Assembly: GCA_965261585.1 (NCBI GenBank)
Contig: CBDHDN010000078.1
Coordinates: forward strand, 5,640-69,639
Source of the DNA: Alphaproteobacteria bacterium
Lineage (GTDB): Bacteria; Pseudomonadota; Alphaproteobacteria; UBA6615
Length of the DNA stretch: 64,000 nt
Direction: 5' to 3'
Every line of letters begins with the position of its first letter. Position 1 is the stretch's first letter. The notes beneath the pieces were generated by a model, which worked only from the letters and a program-made list of their open reading frames with translations, was not told the DNA's origin and did not search any database. This document shows positions 10,364 to 20,484 of this stretch, one piece after another. The translations under genes and the position numbers were made by a program.

Positions 10364-11430
10364 GCCGCGCGGCGGCTAAACTGGCCCGCGTGAACTTTCT
10401 CAGCGACAACGTCACGGGTGCGGCGCCCGAGGTGCTGGCCGCCCTAGTCGCCGCCAACGACGGCGCCGCCATGCCCTATGGCGACGACGCGGCGACGGCC
10501 CGGGTTGAGCGCGCGCTCGCCGCGTTGTTCGAGACGGAGGTGGCGGCGTTTCCCCTGGCCACGGGCACGGCCGCCAACGCATTGGCGCTCAGCGTCATGA
10601 CGCCGCCCTACGGGTCGGTCTACTGCCATCCCGACAGTCACATCATGGTCGCCGAATGCGGCGCGCCGGAGTTCTACACCGGCGGTGCCAAGCTGCTCGG
10701 CGTTCCCGGCGACGGCGGCAAGTTTGCCGCCGCCGACCTCGAGGCGCGGGTCGTGGCGCCGAAGCGCGAGGGCGTCCACCACACCCGGGCCGCCGCCGTC
10801 AGCATCACCCAAGCGAGCGAGGCGGGCACGCTCTATACGCTCGATGAGATCGCGGCGATCGCCGAGGTCGCCCATGCCCACGGCCTGACCCTACACATGG
10901 ACGGTGCGCGGTTCGCCAACGCCGTCGTCGCGCTCGGCTGCAGCCCCGCCGACATGACGTGGCGGGCCGGCGTCGATGCGCTCAGCTTCGGGGCCACGAA
11001 GAACGGCGCGCTGGCGGCCGAGGCCGCCGTGTTCTTCAAGCCGGCGCTCGCCCAGACGTTCACGTACCGGCGCAAGCGCGGCGGCCATCTGCTGTCGAAG
11101 CTGCGGTTCGTGTCGGCCCAGCTGGAGGGCTATCTGGCCGACGGCGTGTGGCGGCGCAACGCCGCGCACGCCAACGCCATGGCGGCGCGCCTGGCCGCCG
11201 GCCTCGGGGCGTTGCCGGCGGTGAGGGTTGTCCATCCGGTTGAGGCCAATATGCTGTTCGTCGCCTTGCCGGAGGCGATGATCCAGGCCCTGCTGGCCGA
11301 CGGCTTCGATTTCCTGTGCACCGGCGACACGACGATCCGCCTGGTCACCGCCTTCAACACGCGGGCCGAGGATGTCGATGCCTTGATCGCCGCCGTGGCA
11401 CGGCACACAGGTGCCCGCGCGGCCGAGTAG
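10360..11430 (+). CDS. ltaE: low-specificity L-threonine aldolase (PLP-dependent)
   Basis: Matches the beta-eliminating lyase/threonine aldolase family (FLSDNVTGAAPEVL, MPYGDD, HMDGARF, SFGATKNG). The start is uncertain: GTG at 10360 or GTG at 10389. Confidence 0.8.
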   Translation: MSRAAAKLARVNFLSDNVTGAAPEVLAALVAANDGAAMPYGDDAATARVERALAALFETEVAAFPLATGTAANALALSVMTPPYGSVYCHPDSHIMVAECGAPEFYTGGAKLLGVPGDGGKFAAADLEARVVAPKREGVHHTRAAAVSITQASEAGTLYTLDEIAAIAEVAHAHGLTLHMDGARFANAVVALGCSPADMTWRAGVDALSFGATKNGALAAEAAVFFKPALAQTFTYRRKRGGHLLSKLRFVSAQLEGYLADGVWRRNAAHANAMAARLAAGLGALPAVRVVHPVEANMLFVALPEAMIQALLADGFDFLCTGDTTIRLVTAFNTRAEDVDALIAAVARHTGARAAE

Positions 11431-11466
11431 CGGGATGGCGCCGATTCCATGCAAGTGCGAAACGCT

Positions 11467-11673
11467 CTAGCAGCACGGCGCATCCTGCTGCTTTGGCGGA
11501 CAGGGCACCGTGCCGTAGGAGCAGTAAACGCAGCAGTCGCCAGGCAGCGGCCGCAGCACGACGGCGCAACCGGCGCAGTCGTAGAAATACTGGCAGGCGT
11601 CCGTTGGCATCCGCTCGCTCTGGCGATGGCCGCACTGCGGACAGGTAATCGTGCTCTCGGACTGGATCGCCAT
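11467..11673 (-). CDS. GDCCVxC-domain cysteine-rich small protein
   Basis: 68 aa with a CPQCGH zinc-ribbon-like start and a GDCCVYC motif. A strong RBS, GGGAGGA, lies 3 nt upstream of the ATG at 11673. Confidence 0.7.
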   Translation of the reverse strand: MAIQSESTITCPQCGHRQSERMPTDACQYFYDCAGCAVVLRPLPGDCCVYCSYGTVPCPPKQQDAPCC

Positions 11674-11745
11674 TGGTCCTCCCAACCGCCGGGCCGGCGG
11701 TCTTGATCTCGCGGCAGACTTCCGATAGGGACTCTACCCGCGGCG

Positions 11746-11821
11746 TCCCCTTCGTCTAGTGGCCTAGGACATCGGCCTCTCACGCCGGGAACAGGGGTTC
11801 GACTCCCCTAGGGGACGCCAG
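11746..11821 (+). tRNA. tRNA-Glu (anticodon CUC)
   Basis: GTCCCCTTCGTCTAGTGGCCTAGGACATCGGCCTCTCACGCCGGGAACAGGGGTTCGACTCCCCTAGGGGACGCCA aligns position by position with canonical bacterial tRNA-Glu. The anticodon loop is CTCTCAC and the CCA end is encoded. Confidence 0.9.
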
Positions 11822-11950
11822 TGCTCCTTCCTAGGTGATTGATTTTACTTAATTATTTGGACAGCCTTCGGGACTGTTATCACTTGGGTTATTACATCGT
11901 GCCAGGGCAGAGTGCCCCATATCGTCAATTGCGGCCCCTCGCGGGGAACC

Positions 11951-12439
11951 TTATTCCGTCGTCCCGGCGAGGCGGTCCGCCCGACGCAAGTCGCACGCCC
12001 GCGTCCGCACGGCTCCGAGCGTTCGGCCCAGGTGCAGCGCGACCGCTGGCCAGGTGCCCAGAGGCACGCGCTCGCCTGGCGCAGCCATGTGGTCTCGAAT
12101 CACGTGGTCCTCGGCCTCGGTCCATAACCCTATTTGAGTCCACAGTCCCTCGATCCCCTGCCGCTGCCGCAGGTGATGATAGCGATCGACGGCCGCCCTG
12201 TAGCTTTTGCCGAACCTCTTTGCGACGTCGGCGAGACCGCCCGGCGCTTTTCCGTAAACCCGTTGGTCGTGGCGAGTGATTGGACAGTTCAAAAGCGCAA
12301 CATCCATTTCCGCGGTCCAGCGCGAAAAGGCGGCATGGAGCGGGTCACCATGCCGGTGCGCCCGCATCCCGTGCATGCCGCACCAGACGCGGTTTGTCGC
12401 CCGCCGCTTGCACCACTTGACTGCGCAGACTTTAGCCAC
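11951..12439 (-). CDS. phage-associated DNA-binding protein (Cys/His cluster plus Myb/SANT-like repeats)
   Basis: 162 aa with an N-terminal C..C..C.H.H cluster (CAVKWCKRRATNRVWCGMHGMRAHRHGD) and two W-T-x-E-x-D type repeats. Its 5' end overlaps the portal gene's stop by 8 nt. Confidence 0.4.
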   Translation of the reverse strand: MAKVCAVKWCKRRATNRVWCGMHGMRAHRHGDPLHAAFSRWTAEMDVALLNCPITRHDQRVYGKAPGGLADVAKRFGKSYRAAVDRYHHLRQRQGIEGLWTQIGLWTEAEDHVIRDHMAAPGERVPLGTWPAVALHLGRTLGAVRTRACDLRRADRLAGTTE

Positions 12440-13490
12440 TGTCGAGGTTCACGGCCTCAAGCGCGGTCGCCGTCGGCACGCCCGCTTGGGCGAGCTTGGC
12501 AACCACCGTTGCGCGGCTCACCATGTCGAGCGCGTAGCTGTCGAATTTCAGCGTGACCGGCGTTTCGAGCTTCATGGACAGTTCATGTTCGACCAGCCGC
12601 GCGAGCGGTAAGACGGTGTTGAGGTGCCATCGGCGCACCGCTTCGCGCGGGCTGGTGCCGTCCGCGTCCGTGAACAGGGGTGGTGGAATGCCGCACGCGG
12701 CCAGCACGCGAGCAAAAGCCGCGTCGGCCATGCGCACCATCGACTCGGGCGGCATCGGCCCCAGGCGGCTCGACTGCCAATCACGTTGCGGCGCAGCCGT
12801 GCGGCCTTCGCCCCAACCGGCGGCGCTCGTTTCAACGAGAAGCGCCTTGCCGCGTGCGCCCGCGATGTCGGCCTTGAGCATCTTGAGCGGGTCGGAGTCG
12901 GAGTCGTCACCGCCATCTTGAGGAATAGCGAGTAGTTGCGCGAGCGGTCCTTGCGCCTCATCGGCAAGCGATCGCTCCGCTTCCGATTGCAGCCGCGCCG
13001 TGGTGTGCGCCCAGCTCAAAGGCCCGATCCCGACATAGGGCTGGCCCGGAGTCGAACCCCAACGCACGAACACCACGCCGGACGCCGGCAGGTTCCAGGT
13101 CGTGCTTGTCGAAGGGCCGTAGCAGGTCGCGCGAACGGTCCACGAGTCCGGGTCGTGCGAACCTTCCCAGTGCCAGGATGATGCAGGTATCAGCCGCACC
13201 ATGCCGTCAACACCCATCCTTATGACGTGCATCGAATCGCCCGACCGGATCAAGTCGCGCCCCACTTGCGCCAGGACGCACGGCGTCACGGCTTCCTGCG
13301 CCCAGGGCGCCGCGTCTACCTCCGCGCTCGCAAAGGCTCGTGACAGCGCACCGCTGGCCGCCTCGACGGCCGCCGTGCTGGAAGCATCGGCCGCCGTCCC
13401 GGCCGCTTGCGCCTCGATCAGCCGGACCACGGCATCGGAGAAGTCGCCGCCCGAGTCCCGGTGCTCGCGTTTTTGCCACGGCCACCGCAT
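12432..13490 (-). CDS. phage portal protein (HK97-like family)
   Basis: 352 aa with portal-like composition. It lies in a head-morphogenesis block with the protease, capsid and connector genes. Confidence 0.65.
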   Translation of the reverse strand: MRWPWQKREHRDSGGDFSDAVVRLIEAQAAGTAADASSTAAVEAASGALSRAFASAEVDAAPWAQEAVTPCVLAQVGRDLIRSGDSMHVIRMGVDGMVRLIPASSWHWEGSHDPDSWTVRATCYGPSTSTTWNLPASGVVFVRWGSTPGQPYVGIGPLSWAHTTARLQSEAERSLADEAQGPLAQLLAIPQDGGDDSDSDPLKMLKADIAGARGKALLVETSAAGWGEGRTAAPQRDWQSSRLGPMPPESMVRMADAAFARVLAACGIPPPLFTDADGTSPREAVRRWHLNTVLPLARLVEHELSMKLETPVTLKFDSYALDMVSRATVVAKLAQAGVPTATALEAVNLDSG

Positions 13491-13492
13491 CG

Positions 13493-13939
13493 CTAATTCT
13501 CGAACAGTATTTCAGCGCGGCAATGGCTACCAGGCCACGTCCGCGCGCTCACGACAACGTAGGTATCGCCGGCAAACATGATGTTATCTGCCGGGCTTGT
13601 TTGTAACGGCAATTCGTTGTCTTCCTCGACGCCAGCTTGCCCGGACCAGGTCAAAGGCGTCCCGCCCCACAGCAGGGTTGAGCCGGCCCACGTCAACGCC
13701 TCACTCACGCCAGCCGCGCGGCGAAGGCCGCCCGGCACGAAAACGATCATTTTTTGACTGCGAATCGGGCCGCCTTCGCCGTCGCGATCTTCCGTTCCGA
13801 CGGGTTGAACGCTCGCCGGAAGCGCATCGCGGTCAATACCGCTTTCTTGCCACTCGCCGTATTGGTCGAAGCCGACGACGCGCGGGCGCAACCTGACTAC
13901 CGTGTCCGTAAATCTCCTCAAGTGCGGTCGCCTGGTCAT
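13493..13939 (-). CDS. phage head-tail adaptor / head-closure-like protein
   Basis: 148 aa. The call rests on position, with translational coupling between the connector and portal genes; the sequence call itself is weak. Confidence 0.35.
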   Translation of the reverse strand: MTRRPHLRRFTDTVVRLRPRVVGFDQYGEWQESGIDRDALPASVQPVGTEDRDGEGGPIRSQKMIVFVPGGLRRAAGVSEALTWAGSTLLWGGTPLTWSGQAGVEEDNELPLQTSPADNIMFAGDTYVVVSARTWPGSHCRAEILFEN

Positions 13940-14250
13940 CCGATTGCACCCGCGCGGCGCGCTTTCCAGGACGTCAAAAGCGACATGGCGCCGCTATGCC
14001 TTAGCGCGCTCACGTTTCCCGGCGCCCATTGCGTTTCAACGTCGCCGATTCGGTCGGAACGCTGCGCGCTTTCCGGTTGTTGCGACAGGTAGCCGCACAC
14101 GCGGATCGCGGCTTCATTCTGCACGCCCACGGGCGCGTCCGGCGCGTAGCGTTCGACAAGCGCCGAGGCCACAGGCAACAGCCGGGCAGCTTGCGCGGCC
14201 GTGACCGCCACGGCCTCAGCTAGTGCCGCCGCAGTGAGCGTTACAGCCAC
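13936..14250 (-). CDS. phage gp6-like head-tail connector protein
   Basis: 104 aa, Ala-rich and helical (LAEAVAVTAAQAARLL...ERYAPDAP). It overlaps its neighbours by 4 and 10 nt. Confidence 0.45.
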   Translation of the reverse strand: MAVTLTAAALAEAVAVTAAQAARLLPVASALVERYAPDAPVGVQNEAAIRVCGYLSQQPESAQRSDRIGDVETQWAPGNVSALRHSGAMSLLTSWKARRAGAIG

Positions 14251-14819
14251 AGGCGCCGCCTCCGCGTCGGCCCCCGGCAGAAGTGTTCGGCGCGCAGGTC
14301 AACCACCGCGTCCGGGTAGGCGGGTGCCGTCACGACAGAGAATTCCCGCAAGACGGCTTCCCGGATCACGCGAACCTGGACTCCGGGATTCCCCGGCTCC
14401 GGCTCCAGGCGCTCCGCGTCCGGGACAGCCGACGCGGGCGGCACCACGAAACCCGGAGACAAACCGACCATGAGTCCGGCGGCAATGGACTTCTCCGCGT
14501 CAACCACCCATGACGGCGGATCGTCGGGAAGCCTTGCCTCGAAGTTCACAGCGTCGTCGCCGTCCGCGATTGAGAGCGTTCCGGCCTTGCGGCTGGCGAT
14601 CGGCTTGCCGAAGTCGTGACCGACCAGAATGTCGAGCTGGCGCGTCTCGTCCTCGATTGCGAAGCGGAAGGCGCGAGGCTCAAAGCGCTCCTTGCGGACG
14701 CGGCCACGATCGCGGACCGTCGCCGTGCTGCCGTAGTTGAACCGCCCGGTCAGGATTCTCATGCCGCCGGAACGGCGTATTTCCAGCTTAGATGCCTCGA
14801 AAATAGGAAATTCGGCCAT
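14241..14819 (-). CDS. HK97-family prohead protease
   Basis: 192 aa. Typical S78 prohead protease blocks are present: FEPRAF, LVGHD and the GLSPGF region. Confidence 0.7.
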   Translation of the reverse strand: MAEFPIFEASKLEIRRSGGMRILTGRFNYGSTATVRDRGRVRKERFEPRAFRFAIEDETRQLDILVGHDFGKPIASRKAGTLSIADGDDAVNFEARLPDDPPSWVVDAEKSIAAGLMVGLSPGFVVPPASAVPDAERLEPEPGNPGVQVRVIREAVLREFSVVTAPAYPDAVVDLRAEHFCRGPTRRRRLWL

Positions 14820-15584
14820 CGTCCATCACGCTACCTGGAACGCGGCTTGTGCATAGGCGTTCGGTTGCACAACGATCACGTCGCCAAGCAGAACGTGCAT
14901 CGTGAAGTACCGCTCGCCCTGCGCGCTGCCGCTGTAAATGTCGTCGATGTCGATGATATTCCAGTGCGGGCAAACCGCCGTGCGCATCGCGCCAGCGCCG
15001 CCCATCATCGACCGGCCCATGCGGTACAGGATGGCTTGCTGCACGTTGTCCACGCTCATGAACGTCGCCGGGTCCGGCATCCGCGTGTTTGTCGTCCATG
15101 CGCCGTACATCGCCATGGCGTAGTCGGCGAACGCCTTGTCGCCACGGCCGCCCGCCGTGCCGGACGCGGGATCGCGGAACGTCCGGGCGCTCAAGCGGTA
15201 GGATTCCACGCCGGCCACGATCGTGACATCCTTGACGGTGTTCGCCCAAAGCCCGTCAACGCCGCCGGCGAAGGCCGCGACGAAATCATCGAACGTCGCG
15301 ACGGCCGACGGCGCCGTCGTCGGATCGGCAAGCGCCTGAAAGATACCGGCCAGATTCGGCGCGGTCCCGTTGCCGTTGATCGCTTGATCGTCGAGTTGGT
15401 CGGACAACGCTAGCGACAGGTTTTCGCGAAGGATCGACTCGAAGTTGTCTTGTCCGACCGCCGCGATATCCTCAAGCGTCAATTCGAGACGGGCGGAAAT
15501 CCGCTTCGGAGTGGCGGTTGTCACCGTGATCGCGCCAGCGTTCCCCACCGCCGCCGCGCTCTTGGCGCGCGCGCTCGCGGTCTG

Positions 15585-17503
15585 GTGCGCCAGGCGAACT
15601 GGCAGAAGGTAGGGGGTGCAAGTCCCCCGGAACGAAGGAGTAACCGAACCACGTTTCTCCGCGAGCCGTGCGTTGGCTCCCGTGAGGGGGCAGGCGAAGC
15701 GTCGGTAGCGGCATGGATGGGCAGGGCTATTGAGCACCGTAAAAGCGATGGTCCGGGGTGCCGAGGCTTTCAGATCGGTCGAAGGCAATATTGCAGGCGT
15801 CGTTTTGGTGAGATGTCGGCGAGCCCCGCGGTGTCAGAGAACCCATGCACGTTCGCACGCCTTCTGTTGGGACCCTGGGAGGTCTTCAAACTGCCCCGGT
15901 TGTCGTAAAGGGGCCGCGTAGGGAATGGAGAAAACCGAAGCCTATGATGAACGGTTTGAAGAAGTCGGATGAGGCCGTACGACCTGTGAGGGCGGCGAAC
16001 AAGGGAGCGCGAGCTTCTGCGGAGTCGCCGGAGGAAAGGGCCTCAACCAAGGGGAATCCGGATTGCCAAAGCACGCGCCGAACCCAGTGTCGGGTAAGCG
16101 TGCCACAGGCGGCGGCCCGGATACGGAAAGCTGCAGAGAGAAACCCGAAGGAACGTCTCACTGCGCTCTTCCACCACATTACGCCGGACGCGCTCGGTGC
16201 GGCCTACTTCGCATTGAAGAAGGACGCAGCAGCCGGTATCGACGGCGTTACGTGGGACATGTACGGCGAGGGTCTGGATGAGCGCCTGCTCGACCTGCAC
16301 CGGCGCCTGCACAGAGGGGGAGCGTACCGGGCGCCACCGGTTCGGCGGGTAGAGGTACCCAAGCCGGACGGGGGGACACGACCGCTCGGGATCGCGGCGC
16401 TGGAGGACAAGGTCGTCCAGAAGGCGGTTGTGGATGTGATCCTGACACCGATCTACGAGGTGGTGTTTCTGGGCTTCAGCTACGGGTTCCGACCGGGGCG
16501 GGGGGCGCACGATGCGCTCGATGCCCTGGCCTTCGGGATAGAACGGCGCAAGGTCAGCTGGATAGTCGATGCAGACCTCCGGGCGTACTTCGACACGATC
16601 CCGCGGGATTGGTTGATCACGTTCCTAGAGCACCGCATCGGAGACAGGCGGGTCATCCGTCTGATCCGGAAATGGCTGAACGCCGGCGTCATAGAGAGTG
16701 GGTCATGGGCAGATACGGGTATGGGCACGCCGCAGGGGGCAATAGTCTCCCCCGTCTTGGCGAACGTGTTCCTGCATTACGTGCTCGACGTGTGGTTCCA
16801 CAAGAAATGGCGCCCGAACGTCCCGGATGGCGAAGCGATCATCGTCCGTTACGCTGACGATATCGTTGTCGGGTTCCAACACAAGCGGGATGCGGAGCGG
16901 TACCTCCGCGACGTTCGGGAGAGGCTGGCCCGGTTCGGTCTCAGCCTCCACCAGGACAAGACCCGCCTCGTGGAGTTTGGCCGGTTCGCGGATTTGAACC
17001 GGCGCCAGCGCGGGGTGGGCAAGCCGGAGACTTTCGACTTTCTGGGCCTCACGCACTATTGCACGACGACCCTGAGAGGACGCTTTCGGCTTGGTCGCAA
17101 ACCGGTTGCCAAACGGGTCAACAGGACCCTGGCGCGCATCGACGAGGTGCTTCGCAAGCGCTGGCACCACGACATCTGGGAAGTTGGTAGGTGGCTGGGG
17201 AGAGTCTGCAATGGCTGGCTCAACTACTTTGCCGTCCCAGGGTCAGGCCGGTTCATCCGTGCGTTCCTCCGCAGGCTGCAACGCCGGTGGATGCGGGCGC
17301 TACGCCGCCGGTCCCAGCGAGCCCGATTTAGTTGGAAGCGACTGGAGCGCATGACCGAAATCCTGTGGCCACGCGCCTCCATCCGCCACCCATGGCCGGA
17401 CCAGCGGTTCGCCGTCAAGCACCCGAGGTAGGAGCCGGATGGTTCAACGACCACGTCCGGATCTGCGCGGGGGGTGCGCAGCAATGCGCATTCCTACCGT
17501 AAC
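15585..17503 (+). mobile_element. group II intron, copy 1 (1919 bp)
   Basis: The 5' end is GTGCGCC and the 3' end is ..CTACCGTAAC. A domain-V-like hairpin with an AGC triad (GAGCCGGATGG..CCACGTCCGGATC) lies after the RT ORF. It has the same length as copies 2 and 3, with only a few SNPs. Confidence 0.85.
15845..17431 (+). CDS. group II intron reverse transcriptase/maturase (no obvious En domain)
   Basis: RT blocks are present (RPLGIAALEDKVVQ, FGFRPGRGAHDAL, YADDIVV) with a C-terminal maturase X region. The real start is probably MMNGLKK at 15944. Confidence 0.9.
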   Translation: MHVRTPSVGTLGGLQTAPVVVKGPRREWRKPKPMMNGLKKSDEAVRPVRAANKGARASAESPEERASTKGNPDCQSTRRTQCRVSVPQAAARIRKAAERNPKERLTALFHHITPDALGAAYFALKKDAAAGIDGVTWDMYGEGLDERLLDLHRRLHRGGAYRAPPVRRVEVPKPDGGTRPLGIAALEDKVVQKAVVDVILTPIYEVVFLGFSYGFRPGRGAHDALDALAFGIERRKVSWIVDADLRAYFDTIPRDWLITFLEHRIGDRRVIRLIRKWLNAGVIESGSWADTGMGTPQGAIVSPVLANVFLHYVLDVWFHKKWRPNVPDGEAIIVRYADDIVVGFQHKRDAERYLRDVRERLARFGLSLHQDKTRLVEFGRFADLNRRQRGVGKPETFDFLGLTHYCTTTLRGRFRLGRKPVAKRVNRTLARIDEVLRKRWHHDIWEVGRWLGRVCNGWLNYFAVPGSGRFIRAFLRRLQRRWMRALRRRSQRARFSWKRLERMTEILWPRASIRHPWPDQRFAVKHPR

Positions 17504-18205
17504 CGAAGTGGTGATCGTGCCGCTTGCGAACGTGCCCGACATCACGCGCGGCATCTCGATCCCCAGGCGCGGCGCGATGCTGTTGGCGAACACGGCCGGC
17601 CGGATCGGATCGAGATTTACGCCGATCGTTCCGGGCGCTGGCGTGATCGCGCGGGTCTCGCGTCCGTCTTCCGCGCTACGCCGTTCCGGTTGCGCCACGT
17701 CCCACAATTCGAGCGGAATCCGGTGGCCGCTGATACCAGCCGCCGACTGCAATTCCGCCTCCGCGCCATTGGCCATCCGGCCTCGCGCCGCGTTCATGAG
17801 ATAGTTTGTCAGCATCGCCTTGGAGCGCAGCTCGATCCGCTCGCGTTGCTCGGCGTCCGGCTCGTTTACGGCGCGGGTTTCGGCTTCGCGTTCCTCAGTT
17901 TCCAAAGCGACGGTCGCGGCGCGGGTCTGTCTTTCCAGGTCCGGCGTCCCGCGCTCGATCGTGTCGAGTTCGGCGCGTTGTTCGTCGGTGAGCTCGTCGA
18001 CCAGGGAAAGCTCCGCCATGTGTCAACGGCGGAGTAAAACCCGGCCATGTGGCGGAGCAAAAGTGGGCCACTTTGGTTCGGTGAGGAGCTTGTCCCCGTA
18101 GTCCACGGGAGGGACCCACGCGCGGCGTGGACGGCCCCTCAGCAGGCAAAGGCCGCGGCGCGCGTGGGAGGGGCCTGTGGGCCCACGGGGGCAAGCGGAT
18201 GCCGC

Positions 18206-18973
18206 TCAGGCGCTTTTTGCGGGTTTCTGTTTTCTTCGGCTCTGCTTGAGGCGGAAGCTTTCGCCGTTCATTTCCAGGATATGGACGTGGTGGGTCAGGC
18301 GGTCCAGCAACGCCCCTGTCAGGCGTTCTGAGCCGAAAACCTCCGTCCACTCGTCGAATGGCAGGTTGGAGGTCACCAGGATCGAGCCACGCTCGTAGCG
18401 CTGGCTGAACACCTCGAACAGCAACTCGGCGCCGGTCTTGGAGAGCGGCACGAAACCCAGCTCGTCGATGATGAGGAGCTTGAGGTTGGCGAGCTTCTTC
18501 TGGAACCTCAGCAGCTGTCTGTCATCGCGCGCCTCCATGAGCTCGTGGACCAGGGCGGCGGCGGTGGTAAAGCCGACCGACAGGCCCTTCTGGCAGGCGG
18601 CAAGGCCGAGGCCGAGCGCAATGTGACTCTTGCCGGTGCCGGAATTGCCCAGAGCGATCACATTCTCCCGGCGCTCGATGTACTCGCATCGTGCCAGCTC
18701 GAGGACCAGCGCCTTGTTGAGCGAGGCGATCGCTTTGAAGTCAAAGCTGTCCAAGCTCTTGACGGTCGGGAACTTCGCTTGCCTGATTCGCCGCTCGACC
18801 ATGCGGCGCTCGCGGTCGATCAGTTCCAGCTCGGCCAGGCGGAGCAGGTAGCGCACGTGGTCGGCGCCCTCGCTGGCACACTGGCGAGCCAGCTTGTCGT
18901 ACTCCCTGAGGAAGGTCGGCAGCTTGAGGGCCTTCAGGTGATGGGCCAGCAACACCTGCGGCGTGTCGCTCAC
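18206..18973 (-). CDS. istB: IS21-family helper ATPase IstB
   Basis: Walker A GNSGTGKSH and Walker B LLIIDELG are present. The GTG start overlaps the istA stop (GTGA). Confidence 0.9.
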   Translation of the reverse strand: MSDTPQVLLAHHLKALKLPTFLREYDKLARQCASEGADHVRYLLRLAELELIDRERRMVERRIRQAKFPTVKSLDSFDFKAIASLNKALVLELARCEYIERRENVIALGNSGTGKSHIALGLGLAACQKGLSVGFTTAAALVHELMEARDDRQLLRFQKKLANLKLLIIDELGFVPLSKTGAELLFEVFSQRYERGSILVTSNLPFDEWTEVFGSERLTGALLDRLTHHVHILEMNGESFRLKQSRRKQKPAKSA

Positions 18974-20484
18974 GGCGCCGCTCCGCCCAGCAGGCTCATG
19001 TAGCTGGCGGCGGATGTGGTGGTCACCTGGGCCCGCGGCAGATAGGGATAAACGTTCAAGTCGAGCCGGGGGGGTCGACGCTCGACGCGACACAGCACCA
19101 GGTGCTTGACCGCATCATAGCCGATGGCGCCTAACCGCAGGGCATCGCGGATGGCACCGTGCACCTCCTCAAGGGCAAAGGTCTCCAGAAGACGGAGCAC
19201 TTGCACGTACTCCCGCTTGCCGGCCTTGCCCATGCGGGCTTCAAGCAAGCGGCGCAGGTTGGCGTACGCCTCGGGCAGCTTCCAACCGGCCAGCGGGGCG
19301 GCTTGATCGAGGGCACCGATCTTCCGCTCCAGCAAGGCCAGATAGTGGATCGGCTCGAAGATCAGGTCCTCTCGTTCGTAAGAGCGTGGGTGCCGGGCGA
19401 TGACCTCGGCGGCGCAGCCGATGACCACCTCGTGCACGTAGCCACGGACCCAGACCTCTTGGTGACCGTAGGCGACGGGCACCGAGTAGTCGTTGCCCCG
19501 ATAGCGCACCAGGGAGAGCGAATTGACCCGCGTGCCCTCCTTGTCGCAGGCCTCGAAAGGCGCCGGCGGCAATTCCATCAGCTTCTCCCGGTCGCATCCG
19601 AACCGCTCGCCGATGGTCTCGCGATGGCCGCGCAAGACGTCGCTTTCCCGTCTCCGACATTGATGTTCCAGGTGAGCGTTGAAGGCGTCCCAGCTCGCAA
19701 ACCGGGGGATGGGAACCATGAAGTTCCGGCGGGCGTAACCGACCAGCCCCTCCACCTTGCCCTTATCATTGCCCTTGCCGGGGCGGCCATATCGATCCTG
19801 GAACAGATAATGGGATTGAAGCCCGCTGAACGCTCGCGTTCGTTGCCGCGTGCCGTCCGGCAGGATGCGCGACACCAGGCACTTGTCATTGTCGTAGAGA
19901 ATCGATTGGGGAATGCCGCCGAAGAAGGCGAAGGCCCCGTTGTGGCCGTCCAGCCAGGCCTCCGTCGCCGCCGCCGGGTAGGCCGCAACGAAGCAGGCAT
20001 CGCTGTGGGGAAGGTCCATGGCGAAAAAATGCGCCCGCCGCTTGACGCCGGCGATGATCGCATCCGCCTCGCCAAAGTCCGCCTGAGCGTGACCCGGAGG
20101 GTGCGCCAGCGGCACGAACATCTCACGCTGGCGACGGCGCCGTTCCCGGACGTAATCCTTGACGATGGTCTGTTTGCCCGCAAAGCCATGCTCGTCGCGA
20201 AGACGCTCGAATATCCGCTTCGCCGTGTGGCGCTGCTTGCAGTGAACCGTTCGGTCCTCTTCCAGAATACGGTCAATGATATCCCTGAAGGGGTCCAGCT
20301 TCGGGCGCTTCGGTGGCTGGCGGCGGCGGTAGCCAGGCGGCTCCGAGTGCCCGAGCATCTTCCTCACCGTCTCTCGCGCTATGCCAAACCGACTCGCCGC
20401 CTCTCGCTGACTCAGCCCATCAACATGGCACGCCAGCCGAACGCGTAGATAAAGGTCCACGGTATACATCCTCCCACCTTCCAT
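18970..20484 (-). CDS. istA: IS21-family transposase IstA
   Basis: 504 aa with an HTH followed by an rve/DDE core (HAQADFGE, YDNDKC, GKGNDKGKVEG). Confidence 0.9.
   Translation of the reverse strand: MEGGRMYTVDLYLRVRLACHVDGLSQREAASRFGIARETVRKMLGHSEPPGYRRRQPPKRPKLDPFRDIIDRILEEDRTVHCKQRHTAKRIFERLRDEHGFAGKQTIVKDYVRERRRRQREMFVPLAHPPGHAQADFGEADAIIAGVKRRAHFFAMDLPHSDACFVAAYPAAATEAWLDGHNGAFAFFGGIPQSILYDNDKCLVSRILPDGTRQRTRAFSGLQSHYLFQDRYGRPGKGNDKGKVEGLVGYARRNFMVPIPRFASWDAFNAHLEHQCRRRESDVLRGHRETIGERFGCDREKLMELPPAPFEACDKEGTRVNSLSLVRYRGNDYSVPVAYGHQEVWVRGYVHEVVIGCAAEVIARHPRSYEREDLIFEPIHYLALLERKIGALDQAAPLAGWKLPEAYANLRRLLEARMGKAGKREYVQVLRLLETFALEEVHGAIRDALRLGAIGYDAVKHLVLCRVERRPPRLDLNVYPYLPRAQVTTTSAASYMSLLGGAAP

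Larger units (their letters stand above)
14826..18019 (-). pseudogene. HK97-type major capsid protein gene interrupted by antisense group II intron copy 1
   Basis: The N-terminal exon (17504-18019, 172 codons) and C-terminal exon (14826-15584, 253 codons) join exactly in frame (..GTITTS|QTASARAK..). The intron lies on the opposite strand, so it cannot be spliced from the capsid mRNA. Confidence 0.8.

Noticed and set aside
15845-17431. The reverse transcriptases as retron- or DRT-type defence RTs (the same question applies at 24181, 35290 and 47498).
   Set aside because: Each sits inside a unit with GTGCG/GTGTG 5' ends, domain V/VI-like 3' hairpins, a maturase X domain and precisely rejoining exons. 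They are group II intron IEPs, not stand-alone defence RTs.
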